Assembly (NCBI GenBank): GCA_905331295.1
Contig: CAJNYD010000074.1
Coordinates: forward strand, 124,001-188,000
DNA length: 64,000 bases
Direction of reading: 5' to 3'
Source of the DNA: Rotaria socialis
Lineage: Eukaryota
Shown: one piece after another, positions 1 to 13,400 of the stretch
How the letters are laid out: every line of letters starts with the position of its first letter
Numbering within the stretch: the first letter of the stretch is position 1
The notes under the pieces: model-generated
Seen by the model: the letters and a program-made list of their open reading frames with translations, nothing else
What the model was told of the DNA's origin: nothing
Database searches by the model: none
Translations under genes and position numbers: made by a program

Positions 1-500
1 ATCAATATAATGTGTCCTAGTATCGAGATTATGCAGTGTTCCACCACTAAAATATTGTGGCCATGTTTGACGAAGTTTAAACATTGCTAAACGTGTTCGT
101 TCATCAACCTAATCATTGATAATAAATGAAAAGTTCTGCATTTTATTTTTCTCATTACAAACCTTATTGAAAGCACTTGCAAAAATAACAGGTAATTTAT
201 TTTCAAACAATTGTATATAAGTTGTTGAACGTAAATTTTTTACTATGGAATCAAGTACATATAGTACAGGCAGAACATAATCGCCTTTTGTCTGAAATCG
301 AAAAGAAAATATATTGAAATCTTCGATAAACGATGAATACGAACTTCAAGTATACGTTCTTCAATAGCACGTACGATCTGCGGTGCGTTATGTATTTTTT
401 CTTCTGCAAGTATTGTTAAAAAATTGATTAATGGTTTACTATTTATTTTTAAATCATTTAGAGCATTTTTAAAATCTTGATAATCATCTTTTACAGCCAT
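1..500 (-). CDS. PCF11: Pre-mRNA cleavage factor Pcf11, N-terminal CID domain (continues off the left edge)
   Basis: Exons 500-345, 291-163, 108-<1 give MAVKDDYQDFKNALNDLKINSKPLINFLTILAEE...VLPVLYVLDSIVKN...VDERTRLAMFKLRQTW, typical of the Pcf11 CID; GT-AG introns. Confidence 0.9.
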
Positions 501-3145
501 TATTTATGAATTATTTGATTTGAATAGGGGATGACTAGAATTAATCAAAGCATTTTAAAAAAAAGATTTAAAAAAAGTTACATTTATTCACCCGAATAAA
601 TAATTTCAAATGAGTTCAATTCTAGGCCAATATACAACTATTCCCTTTAGAAAGATGAACAAATTGACAAATCAAAATAAGAAAAAAATATTATCTTGAA
701 TAAGAGAGAAATAAAAAAAACAAATTGATTATGAATTAGAAAAATCTAAAAATCAAATATTTTATATGGCAACTTATTATATGTAATATTCAAATTGGCA
801 GCAAGTTTATTTTAGTTGATTTCAATTGATAATGTTGATCCGCACAGGAACAGAACATACATCGTTGTCTTTGAGGGAGTTTTTCGAAGGCTATATTAAA
901 TGGTTATCTCCCGTATCTCCCAAACTTATTAAGCATGGTTTGATCGAACGAGTTTTTTTCTTATGCTTACAGTTTTCGTTCATGATATGTAGGGTAAATG
1001 TGAACCATAGATGGTCTAATTTTTTCTGTGTAAATAAAATTGAATATTTCATACGATAATCGAAACTAACTTCGGGTGTATGTTTTTGTGTTGTTTTGAA
1101 ACATATTGTTTCGTTCACTCAGTATTATCAAAACGTTGTTAATTTTACCGAAGAAAATTTGTTTCAACGAAAGCAAGTACACATTTCGTTTTCAGTCAAT
1201 TCTCACAGCAAAAAAAGCACGTCGATTTATTGACGTATTTAAAGAAAAATAGAAACAACTTAAGTTTTTTCGATGAAAATATGAATTTAGCCTTTTCTAT
1301 ATAGACAATCTTGTCGTTCAAAGTCTGTTTAAAGTCTCAAAAAATAAGATCATTTTTAGTCAGTAAAACAAAGCGGAAGAAAGGTGTACACCCTAATTCA
1401 AAATTTTATTAATTCATTTTGTTGAAAACTAGACGTTAAATCACATCAGCGGTTAGCCGAATTTTTTCAAGGTCATTGTTTTATCGAGACTTTCTCCTCG
1501 TGAAGGACATCACTCACACGCTAGATAAAAACACTCATCGAGATATCGAGGCATTGTGTTTATCCTATTCAAAAATGTACTCGATATTTAGGAGCATGTT
1601 TATCGATATGAGCAAAACTTGCCTCTAGGCTTCAGTATAAATCATGTAAAATGAACTCTAGTATTATCATTTGCATAGATGGATAAACTTAGCGGCTAAG
1701 TTGCATATGAATAAAAACAATTCAGTTGGAAGTTTGTTTTTCATCACGAGCATTATTTTTTTTTTCTAATATTTTGATGTAATTTGAATTAGTCGCTGAA
1801 TTTATAAAGAAAATGTGCTCAAGAAATAAAATAGAACCATTAAAGTTTACTATTTTTCCGGAAGATCTTTTAATTAGAAATAAATTTTCATAGTACAGAA
1901 AAAAATAATAATTAGTAAAGTATGTTTTTTTTCTCTGTTATTTGATCGATACTCGTCAGATAGAATAGAATAATCTTATTTAGAATATTATCTGGCAATG
2001 AATTATTTGCATCATTAGTTCTCAAGTTTTTCACGTCTCGATCTAGTTAAATGCATATTTATATCAATGATGAATACTCACAGAAGAGCATAAATGTAGA
2101 TGATAGACTTGAATCTATATTGATGAAAATTACGCGAGAATAAAAGAAAAACAGATCAGTCTTTTGCACAAAAATGAATAAGAAGCTTGAAATTTCACTG
2201 ACAAATATGAACACCGATAAGTTGAAATGAAATTAACAATTTGACCGAAAGATAACCAGTAGTTGTAAATACAAGCTAAAATAGATAAACAAATTTTATT
2301 CAGTTGGTTATTTTTCTCGTTTGAATATTAATCATATCTCGATATATAAGGGTGTATTTTAAATAAATCCATTATGCCTTATGAGAATTATTAATTATGT
2401 GGGCAAGTTTATTTCATTTTCTATATCTATTCAACGTTTTTTTTTTCCAGCTTTTTGTTTTAGTAAGTATGCAATCATCCTCATCGAAATTATTCCTTCA
2501 TCGCTATTTATTCTATTGGAGTTTTTCTTATCTACAAATCTTTTTTCAATCATCGATTGAACAATATTTGAATGTGGAATCAAAACAGCATGGTATTCAA
2601 CGAAGTAGAAGTCATGCTTAACGTTAGGACTTCTCCATAGTAATAAAATTACTTACAGTTTATTTTTTGATAGAGAAAACCTTCATTTTGAATTTCAATC
2701 TGAATAGACAAAAGCTCATAGTTAAATATCTTATAAATATCATTTAAAATATCTTACCCAATATACTTGTACAATGTTTTCATTTTGGAATCTCTGAAAT
2801 AAACAATCTTACCCCCCCAAACCATTATTCGTTGAATTAGAAAGGATAAAAGTAGAAAAAACAAAAAAGGAAAGTAAGAGAAAAGAACCTTGTTAATTTT
2901 AATCTTTTGTTTTCTTCCATAACCACGTTAAAACAGAGAAGAAAGGAAAAGAACAATCAATAGTTTATAGTTTTTAAGATCCATATACGAAGCTTTCTCG
3001 ATTTCTTTTTTTTTTCTTTGGTAAAGAAAAACACTATACAGTAAAATAGAATAGATATATAATAAAAATAAAAAAACAAAACAAAGAGGACAAAAATAGA
3101 TTCAAACAAAACATTTAACACATGTATTATCACTGTATACAAAAA

Positions 3146-5914
3146 TTATTTACCTTTTGCATCAACTATCTTTGATCGTAATTCATTAATGGTCTCTTCT
3201 AATTGTTGATTTGCATTTAATACTTGTTCATAATCATCAATTTTTCCTTTTCGTTCTTGTAATTCAGACAGATCTTGCTGAATCTTAATAATGCGTTCCA
3301 TTGCTGCTAGATGTTCCTCATAGAGATTAATTGATTTTTGATCGTCCGGACGTGGTTTATGCGGTAGATATTTTTTCAATAATTTATATGTATGTAGCCA
3401 TCGATATTGAATATCATTGGCCATTTCATCTGTATAGTTTTGTTTTGACTCCGGTAATTCGTTTAATATTAATCGAAGAACTTTTTTTATGAACGATAAT
3501 TTTGGTCGTTCATTTGGATCAGAATGCCATGCACGATACATCAAAGCAAGAAACAATTCTGGACAATGATTGATTCTATCAGGACGAAGTTTATCTCGTA
3601 CAACTGATATTAGAAATCCTATAGAAATTATTCATTTATAGACTATTATTTTTAAAATAACGTATATTTATATGCGAGCAAACCTTTGCCATTATTTCCA
3701 TAAGGTAATAATTGTTTTGTGATTAATTGCCAGAACACGATTGACCATGAATATGTATCACATTGTTCAGCATATTGATTGTAAGCAAATACTTCAGGTG
3801 CCATAGTAACTAAATTATATTAAATACTATTTAAAATTATTATACCATTCAAATTTACAGGATAGACCCAAGTAAATGCAGTTTTACCACTACGACATTT
3901 TTCAAAAGGATTCCAAAACATTTTTAGGGGATAAGGTTATTTTTATGTGTACGGTAAGAACAGCATGACTACTACATATCATTCGAAGATGGAGCAGGTC
4001 CTAGGTTATTCTCGTTTGGTATCATCTGACACTTACCCTAACACTAAACTGATTAATGATTTTTTCCAGTTCGTCTATGGATAGTGATATGAGACATGGC
4101 GCACTGTCAACAAAATGTCACTAAACAGCGCCCGTTAAATAATAAGAACAAAAAAAACTATGAATAAGAAAAATTGATCATCATCGCTCGAACAGTTCAA
4201 CCTTCAGTACTCATATAATACGGAATTCTTAATGAGCAAAATTTCTGACAACTTATTCTTGTTAATGAATATTTTCATATAAGCTCTATAAATTGATCCC
4301 GTTTACTTACCAAATAAGGTAATTATTACTCAAAAAATAACTATCTTTCGTAGGGACCAGTCTCACGTTAATATTATTTGTCATAAGTTGAACTCGTATG
4401 AAAAATTTTCTCATCCATTTCAAGATACATTAAATTAGATTTAGTAGATTGTTACTTTCATTACCGGCATGCAAACGATTCTTCATTTCCAAAGTACCGC
4501 CATGTTGCATACGTAACTGATTTTCGGAATTAAAATAAAACAGCATCACACGGTAAATATTTATAAACACTACATATTATAATTCTACCAAACTAGCCTC
4601 GAAATATCTTTACGTTTGGAAATTTTTCATGCTCATTTTTTGTGTTATGTTTTTGTCTTTTACTGTTTTTCTAGGCGAAGATTACTAAAATAGTAGATGA
4701 AACTGCGACGTAAATATTTGTCAACGGAAAAATAAAACTGCTCTAAACAAAGAACGACAACCTATGTGAAATATTAAAACCGGTAGAGTGCGCTCCAATC
4801 ACTGTTAAACACGAAACCAATACAAAGCACAAATAAACAAGGTTAAACTATTTGTCTTTATTTTTCTGATGAGAACTGCTCTGTCATATATATATATATA
4901 TATATATGTGTAAACGCAACAATACTCAATTATGTCATATATTTCATATTAAACTCATCGCAATATACTCGTTAACTTTTAAATATGATAGACATATCTA
5001 GGCTAATAATTTCCTTATCAGATGAGAAAAGTAAATTTATTTTGTCTCATTTTACACAGTTTGTAGTCATACATTAGTTTTCTACAAAAGAATCCTATGA
5101 CAAGTTATATTAGCATTAAATCATCTATTCATTAAAATGACGTAGAACTTTGTTATATAAGATTCTTACTTGGTGTACCAACATTGTCTGTCATCCAACT
5201 TTTCCCCAACTGTGTTGCTGTACCATAATCAGTGAGAACAAGTGTTTGATAATTATCTTTCAACAGAATATTTTGCATTTTAACATCTCGATGAACTACA
5301 ATTAAATGTATTTTTATTTTATTTTCATCAACACAACGAGAAGATATCGAACTCACTGATATTATTTGAATGCAAAAAACTTAATGCATCTGCTAATTGA
5401 TAGCCCCAATGGAGAACATTAACCAATGTATAATCCAAATTTGTTCCCCGAACAAATGCATCAAGCGAACCATTACTACAATAGTCAATAACAATGCCAT
5501 TGGTGTGAAGATTAATAAAATTTAAGCGTTGAATATTTGGATGGCGTTGATTTATATCAGATAATTTGATTCCTTCGTCAAGAATACTGTTACGTTGTTC
5601 CCTAGTCTTTTGTCTTGCTCTTTTATGTGCATATAACTTCTTTTGATAGTTTATTAATTCAACGACGCCAAAAACACCATTGCCAAGTGGGCAAAGTGAT
5701 TCGATTTTAGTTGTTATTGGTATATAAGGAATCTTGCGGTCAGCTAACAGTATTTTTAACTTTTCTTTCAAAGTAAAATCTCGATCTAAGAAATGAAAAA
5801 AACAATAACAAAACAATTTGTTTTCTTTGTAATACTTTTCTTTTTTAATTACAAACCTTTCTCAGCTTTTTCAAGAAGTTCAGCAATGGTTCGATCAGTT
5901 TCGGAAGTATCCAT
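3146..5914 (-). CDS. TAK1/MAP3K7-like Ser/Thr kinase, ~403 aa, with C-terminal coiled coil
   Basis: Exons 5914-5857, 5785-5357, 5295-5170, 3809-3684, 3618-3146 (1212 nt, in frame). Motifs GNGVFG, YAHK, HRDVKMQN, DYGTA, MTDNVGTPITMAPEVF, CDIYSWSIVFW. Tail SINLYEEHLAAMERIIKIQQDLSEL resembles the TAK1 TAB2/3-binding helix. Confidence 0.8.
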
Positions 5915-6490
5915 TTAAAATAAAATTCTGAAAATAAAGAAAAAAACAACTGCTTTCGTGATCATCCAAATGTTCCTCGTAATGGGAAAAGGTCAAATAA
6001 AGCAAGCATATGTTTTTCAAAACGAGAACCAATAAAACTTTTTCTTTTTTTCCAACATGAATCATTTATTTATTCTATTAAAAATAGATGGCGCTTTATT
6101 CCGGGATTATCAATATAAAAGTGATCGAGATAGAATCTAAAGAAGATAAAAAATAATTAATTGAAAAAATTTATTATTTTCAATCAATAGAAAAATCTCA
6201 ATCTAGACTAGGAACTAACGATGTCACACATGAGGATCAGTGTTTCCAACGGCAAGTGTACCAAGCAAAAACAAAATGTACAGAACATCTGCTATACAGA
6301 TCGAGAAAACCCACATCGAATCCGACAGGAACTTGATAGTATCCTACCATCCGACAGAATCTTATAGGATTCCAGGTCGAGGAATTGATGTCGGAACCAC
6401 TAGTCGGAGCCCATTGAACTTCCTATGACACCCAACAGTGTTTCTTTGGAATTAATTCAAGCAAAACGGCTTCGTACCGGGGTTTTCCTA

Positions 6491-7807
6491 CCACACCGCG
6501 GTATTCGTATTAAATATCGCGGTTGATTTTGGGAAACCGTGTCTTCTAGCGGTTTTCTGTACCTGCGGTCACAGAAAGCCGCGATGTTTGCATTATCAAC
6601 CGCGGTCTGCGAAACCTAAGACAACGAGTCATTCGATAAACCCCGTTGTAAGTGTCATGGGTCGCGGCGTACGTAACCAATCTATACCATTGATGCCATA
6701 AACCGCGGTGTTAGCAGGATACATTGTTGGCGGCGAAACTTATGCAAACCCTTCATGTGCTAAGCCCCTCTCTAGACACCATCCACAACAGTATCATACG
6801 TGAATATGAGTTCAGAAGGAGTCTTTATATTGAGCAACTATAGCTAAACAACAGAATTGTTTTTCATTTGTTAATGTTCTTCATACATATTTTCAATACG
6901 GCTATCACAGATGCTGCTGGCTTTATATGAAGCTATTTCAATAACAGATTGAAAATTTTTAACGCGAAAGAGAATATGGTGGCTGTTTTAATGATTGAAA
7001 TTGATTTGCTATTAGAGGTGACTTGAATTCTAAGAGATTGATTTCACAGACAGATGCAGCTGATTCGTAAAATTTATAAAAAATCTATCAGACAGATGCT
7101 AATACGACTAATATTTTAGAGTCAATAATCACACAGTAACACAAAGAGAAAGTTCGAAAAATTCCTTCAATGTACCGCGATGCATCAGGTACAATCAAAA
7201 CCACGGTTTCTTTCTTCCTGTACCGTTCTTTGTTACTATATGTGCAAAGACAAAAATGATGTCGTGCGCTAAGATTATCGCTCAAGTTCAACAAAATAAT
7301 CACCAGTACAACCTTGTGAACTATTAGTGTGTGTGCGCTTTGTGGAAGGCTTGAGAGGCGAGTAGCGGTGTCTGGGAGAACAGATCGCATATGTAACATG
7401 TGTTATGACCCCCGTCTGAGGGTATTTTTAGCACTTTGCCTGTTACTATCACGAAGTAGCAACTGAACACCCGCGCGAACGGGAATTTCGGTCGCCATGT
7501 GTGCTCGAAAATGGAAGATTGTTATTAGGTTGCAATTGCTTTAAAACTTCGATAGATATTAACCGGCAAACACCACGTTTTGTAAGAAGTCGTGACTCTC
7601 AGCGGTTTCATTTCACTGCTAAAGTCAGACCGTTTATTCGGTTTTTGGAAACCGGTGCTAACCGTCTAATTTTGAAAACCGCGGTTATCGACGTTTTTGA
7701 AAAACCTAATAAAAGGTCTGACTTTCGCGGTTTGCTAATACCGTTATGAACCTCGGTATGAAAAACCTCGCTCTGAAGCGGTTTTCAATGAAAATGTTTT
7801 TTGTGGG
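6491..7807. mobile_element. Putative non-autonomous CMC/EnSpm-like DNA transposon
   Basis: Termini CCACA...TGTGGG flanked by TA on both sides within tttccTA/TAggaaa; GC-rich subterminal repeats (ccgcgg, aaaaccg) at both ends; no transposase ORF. Confidence 0.55.
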
Positions 7808-8692
7808 TAGGAAAGGACGTGAAGAAAAGGATGTAAAGAAATGAACGCATAAGAAGACGTATAGAATGGAAATCTGAGCTCGAGGTATGGAGAAGAATGC
7901 ATTAACAGGACGTAAATGTAGACGGATCAGGAAACTATGTGTATTTTTTTGTATCGCTTCTAATCGAAACAATAAACCGGATATACTCATATGCTATCCT
8001 TAAATAAATCTTTTGGAAATGAGCATTTGTTTAAGAGTTCTAAAAATTTCTTTTCCAACTTCAGTAAAATTTTGTTGATTGTTAAAAATTCATTATTATT
8101 TGAGTGTTTTCATATTATTAGAGAGAATATTTTTAGATGTGTATATTCATGAGTCTGCATATAAACAATGTCAACAAATTTTTCCATGAAAAAATGAGTC
8201 TTAGGTCAAACGAAAATTTCTATGTATGCTAACTAGTACAATATATGAAGATTTATGTTTTGTTGCTTTGCTTTAGAAAAACATGGACAATATTGCCAAT
8301 GGCAAAGTCCGATATCCTGTTCTTATTATGATTATTATTTTACAAATAAAAATATTTGAATTTTTTAAAATATAAACAAAAAAGACGTTATGTCATCGGT
8401 CGATAATGTGGATACAACATTTCTAAAATACTGATCTAACAAAAGTGAACTGTATTCTTTAATGAATATATGTTAATACAAGTTGTATGTAATTATATAT
8501 ATATATATATATGAGTTTTGTTTTCAACAATCGCTTGAAATGATTAAATATTAAATTACGTGCATAGAAATCTGATATAATGATACTTATGTAAGAAATT
8601 CATTTCATGAAAAAATACAAGAAAAAAAACCCACATCTCTTCACTTTTTTTATCACGCCAAATAGTAATAGCAAATAAAAATAGAAATGATT

Positions 8693-9437
8693 CTACACTG
8701 ATAACTTTCCACCAGTATTTGAATCTGATTTACATTCTAAATTAAATGCTGGTATGCGAACTTCAACAAATGTTCCATCTTCTTTTTCCATTTTGAAAGT
8801 TCTACCGAAAGAAAACCAAAGGCATTCTAATTTTAGACTTTCGTATTTTCAGCAATATTCTTACCCCCACATATGACCGCTTGTTGCTGATAATGAAACA
8901 TGTGATGAATATTGAAAAGCAGGATATTCTTTTGATAGTTTCGGTTCTTGTCCAACAACTCCTTTACCACGAACAGTTTCTAATGTACCAGCGACACTAA
9001 AGACACGCCAATGACGTTCACGTAATGTTACAGCTTCCTGGGGATTTAAATTTTCAATTCGGATTGTATAACGCCACCAATGTACGCGCGTACCGTGAGA
9101 AAAACGAGAACCCCTGATTCGAGAATAAAATTTATTAATTAGAAATAAATAAAATGAATTTTCCATACATGTAAAATGGAATAACAGTAACTCGAATTTG
9201 ATGTGTAACATCCTTTGATACATCAGATAATTCAAGCCAACGATGATGTCGTGTTTGCCAAGATTTTAGATGCTCGCTTGTTACAAAGTTCGGCGCTTCA
9301 ATATACTCATAATAGAATAAAAAATAGAAAATTCGATCTCACATACTTGCTTCAGGATCATAAATTAAAAATTTATCAAATAATTCATGTTCAATAGGTG
9401 TTCGTTCCGTACTCTAAATACACAAATCGTTCAGTTG

Positions 9438-9480
<43 letters not shown>

Positions 9481-10452
9481 TAAAGTAAATTCTCTAATTT
9501 TCGCTTTAGTTTTAATGTTATTTCTATAAGAAGTCATTTTAATCAATATTTACTGTATATGGTATAACATCTTCATGTGCAACATAATCAAGACCAGGAA
9601 GAGCATAGAGATTTTGATCTTGTTCTTGATTCCCCAAAAATGTGACAGATTCTAAACAAAAAATATAAATAGTTTTGACTTAATAATTATTAATATAAAA
9701 CCTGTTTGAGCTCTAATATGAGGTACGTCACGTGCATCAACCAAAACTTGATAATAAGTAACTGATTGTGCACGGATTTCATTTGCATGTGCCTTCGATG
9801 CTATTGTCAACGGCAACGGCAACGATGCATTTGAACGTTCATCAGATCGATCAAATACTCGAGCAAGCCAAGAAAATAGAATCACACCTCGATAGCCAAA
9901 TACTCGATGAAGAAATAACTAGAGCATATGAAAGAAATAAAAACTAAAAACGAGAACTCGAAAAATGATCAGAAATAAATAAACACGCATGAGCTCATCT
10001 TTTCTTCTTGCGCTTAATGCATGGTTAAGTTGGATAAAATATTTCATTTATCATCGTTATTGTTGACTATCTTAGCGCATTTATGAGCAACAATAAGAAA
10101 AACAAGGTTTCTTTTCAAGTTATTATTAGCAAGTAGTTATTTTTGAATAGGTTTTCGTTCTTGCTCTTCTCTTTTTTTGCTTCTTTATTCGCGTATATAT
10201 ACTATACATTTATTTATTTATATGAGCCGATGGGAAATTGTGGATGAACGTCTTTAGGAAATAACAATCGAATTAGTTTCGCACTCTTTTCTTTCACACA
10301 ATTTAGAAGTCGACATGAGCATTTAGTGAAGGGCTCCAACAATGAATGAATAGGCTTAAAATGATAATTGCTCGGCTAGTATATATATAGATAGATAGAT
10401 TCATATGTATCTATAAGTGAAGGGCTGCTCGAGATACAAAGAGAAAAAACAT

Positions 10453-10483
<31 letters not shown>

Positions 10484-13400
10484 ATTATTCAATTTGTCAA
10501 AATGCATTTAGCACAGTAGAGTAGAAACGGTAGTAGCAACAGCGGTGGAAAAAAGAAGGGAAACACCATCAAGAAGGCTTGTCGACAGGAAGTCTCCGTT
10601 TTTCATTCCTCATCCCAACCACCCGTTCATTGCTTGCTCTTCATTCGCTCAGGCTCCGCATCCGTCTTCATCTCTTCTCTGTGCGTTGTTCATCTGTTCA
10701 ACATTCTATTGAGTTGCGATAGTTTTTGTTTTTTCCTCGCCTTATACAATGTATACTAATTTGAATCGCTCAATTGTGCAGTGAGAAAATCGCATATATA
10801 CTTATAGTACTGACTAGAATTGGTAATTGACATCATATATTATCGTTTATATCCTAAGAAAGAAAGCAAGGTAAGATGGCATCTTAGATTTCTGAAGAAT
10901 CACTCTTTATTAATTAGTCCATGTTGTACTTCATCATTCTTTGAGTGGTTGGAAAACAACAGTGTACTAAGGCTGACTTAGATAGATACGAATAAAAAGT
11001 ACCTAGAGGTAGAGCGTATTCAAACAAACAAAAAATAAGCTATTTTATCTCAAAAGACTAGGAACATCATAGATCTGGAAAAACGATTATTTCCTCTTAT
11101 TGCTTTTGTTATTTTCTTCTTTGTCGCCTTCTCCTACTTCTTCTTTGTTGTCATCTTCTTCTTTTTTTCATACTATCTGCTGGCGCTCGCTACAAACATG
11201 TTGTTTTCATGCTTCATCTATTGTTGTCCATTTCATAGCACGTTTCTATTTCATTTGCTCATCTGAGCGTATTACACACAAATGAATATGAATGAAGTAA
11301 GAACTTGAACTTTCGATTTCGTCTTATATGGTTGTCATATTCATAATGTTTATCAACAGACAATGTTCATTCTAGTTGTCATAACAGCAATCACAGAATG
11401 AAGCGACAATAAAGAAGTGAAGAAAACAAGAGAGATTCATTACAAATTGTCATTTCCTGGTGAAATGTGAATCTAGCTCATTAACATTCTTATTGCTTTC
11501 TTGTTTTTCTTTGCTCTCTTTTGTCTATATAGTAGAGAAATAGAGTTGATTGAATGGTATGACATTTGACGTCCAAAAAAGGATCTACTGAGAATAAATA
11601 CTTCATCAAACAATTGTCTATACGTGTTTTTTTTGTTAGCTGGCCTCTCTCTCTCTCTCTCTCTCTCTCCATAAATATATTTATATATATATATATACAT
11701 ATATATGCATACATACATGCAGTATTACTTTTAACAGGTAAAATGAGTAGTAAAAAAATAAGAACGAAAAGAAGAAAACAAAAAATACAATCGAATTTGC
11801 CAAAAGAAAAAAAATACCACCATGTCAAGAGAGAATAAAATCGCGTGCCTTCTTTCTACTTATTATTAATACTGGTATATATATAAACATATTTCATTGA
11901 CAAGTAATAGATATAGTTAACTAAAGCTTATAGATATATCTTTGGATTGATTAGAAACAACAGATTTTTACTCAGATATGAACCGTCCAGTTGCAACAAC
12001 AAACAATAATCAACAGAATCCAAGCAGCTACCCCCAGCAAAGTACATTTAAGGTAAATAAATATAAATGTGACCTATTCTTCATCATAAGAAAAACAATA
12101 GCAACCAAAGGTCAAAAAATCTTAAAAGGTCATTTTCATTATTACAATTAGATAATGCTATTGGGCGATAGTGGTGTTGGCAAAACATGTTTATTAGTAC
12201 GTTTTAGAGATGACACATTTTCATCTGGTAGTTTTATTGCAACTGTCGGCATTGATTTTCGAAACAAAAATATTGTGATCAATAATAAACAAGTGAAATT
12301 ACAAATTTATGATACAGTATGTATAGAACTAGGAAAAGCAATCTTACAGCTGATAATTACTAGTAGTTATTAAAATTCGTAAGTTAAGAAAGCGGTAAAC
12401 AAGAAGAAACAACAGCTTCTAACAATGATCAATGTATATTTACTCTTCGTTATTCAAGTTAAGAAAGGAAATGAGAAAATGTGATTTTATTTTTATTATC
12501 ATTCTCTCCAATCGATAAAAGACAGCAGCACACATTCTCGGAAACGTTTGCAAGCATTCTAAAGTAATTAATAGGAATGATTTTCCATCAACCTGCTCTA
12601 TCTATCATGAAAAATGAAATATTCGATCGTATTTTTTTCTTATTATAAAACTCAAAATAATTTTATTCAGTTTTTGCCTTCCTCTTAAAATAACACTTGA
12701 GAATTTATTACAGAAAATCACACACAATAGATAAAATTTTGAAGCAATAATTGATTTCATTTTTACTTTTGTGAAAAAAATTAAGATATGATTCACAAAA
12801 AACAAAAAAAAAGACACATAATTGGTTTAGATAAATGCATAAGAACTAATCAAGCTACGACATTTAATGATGGCAAAGGAAGCTTATTTCCTTTGGATTT
12901 GTTTTGCTTAAATACGTAAAATCTATACTTCTATGGCTGTTCAAACAAAACGAAAATAACAAACTAAGAAATGATTAGAAAAGAAAAAAACCTGATAAGC
13001 TTTAATATTTTTCTAATCTCGTTTAACGACAAGGCTACAACAATTACTAGAGAATTACGAGAAACTAATGATTTTAAAGCTTAGAGATTTATTTTACTAA
13101 GCAATAGAAACACACGTTCTAGTCCTATTGAATGTAAACAATAGATAATCTCATAAATCTGAAACTCTATTAATAAGATTATATTTTATCTCCTTTAAAA
13201 AATATAGTTTCTATATTTTTAGGCTGGTCAAGAACGTTTTCGATCTATAGCTCATTCATATTATCGTGATGCCCATGCTCTTTTACTTCTCTATGATATA
13301 TCATCAATAATAAGTTTTAATCATGTTCGTGATTGGCTAAGTGAAATAAAAGAATACGCACAAACAGATGTTATTATTATGTTAGTAGGTAATAAAGTTG

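Noticed and set aside
820..2820. Scattered exon-like segments with GT-AG signals on the minus strand between PCF11 and the kinase
   Set aside because: Could not assemble a consistent reading frame or recognise any protein
6238..6444. 9-bp direct repeat CAGTGTTTC bracketing ~190 bp
   Set aside because: No terminal inverted repeats seen; cannot distinguish a TSD from chance or repeat debris
11100..11838. Several hydrophobic or low-complexity ORFs in the ORF track, and similar ones at 41379-44802
   Set aside because: They derive from microsatellites and AT-rich non-coding or UTR sequence; no domain motifs
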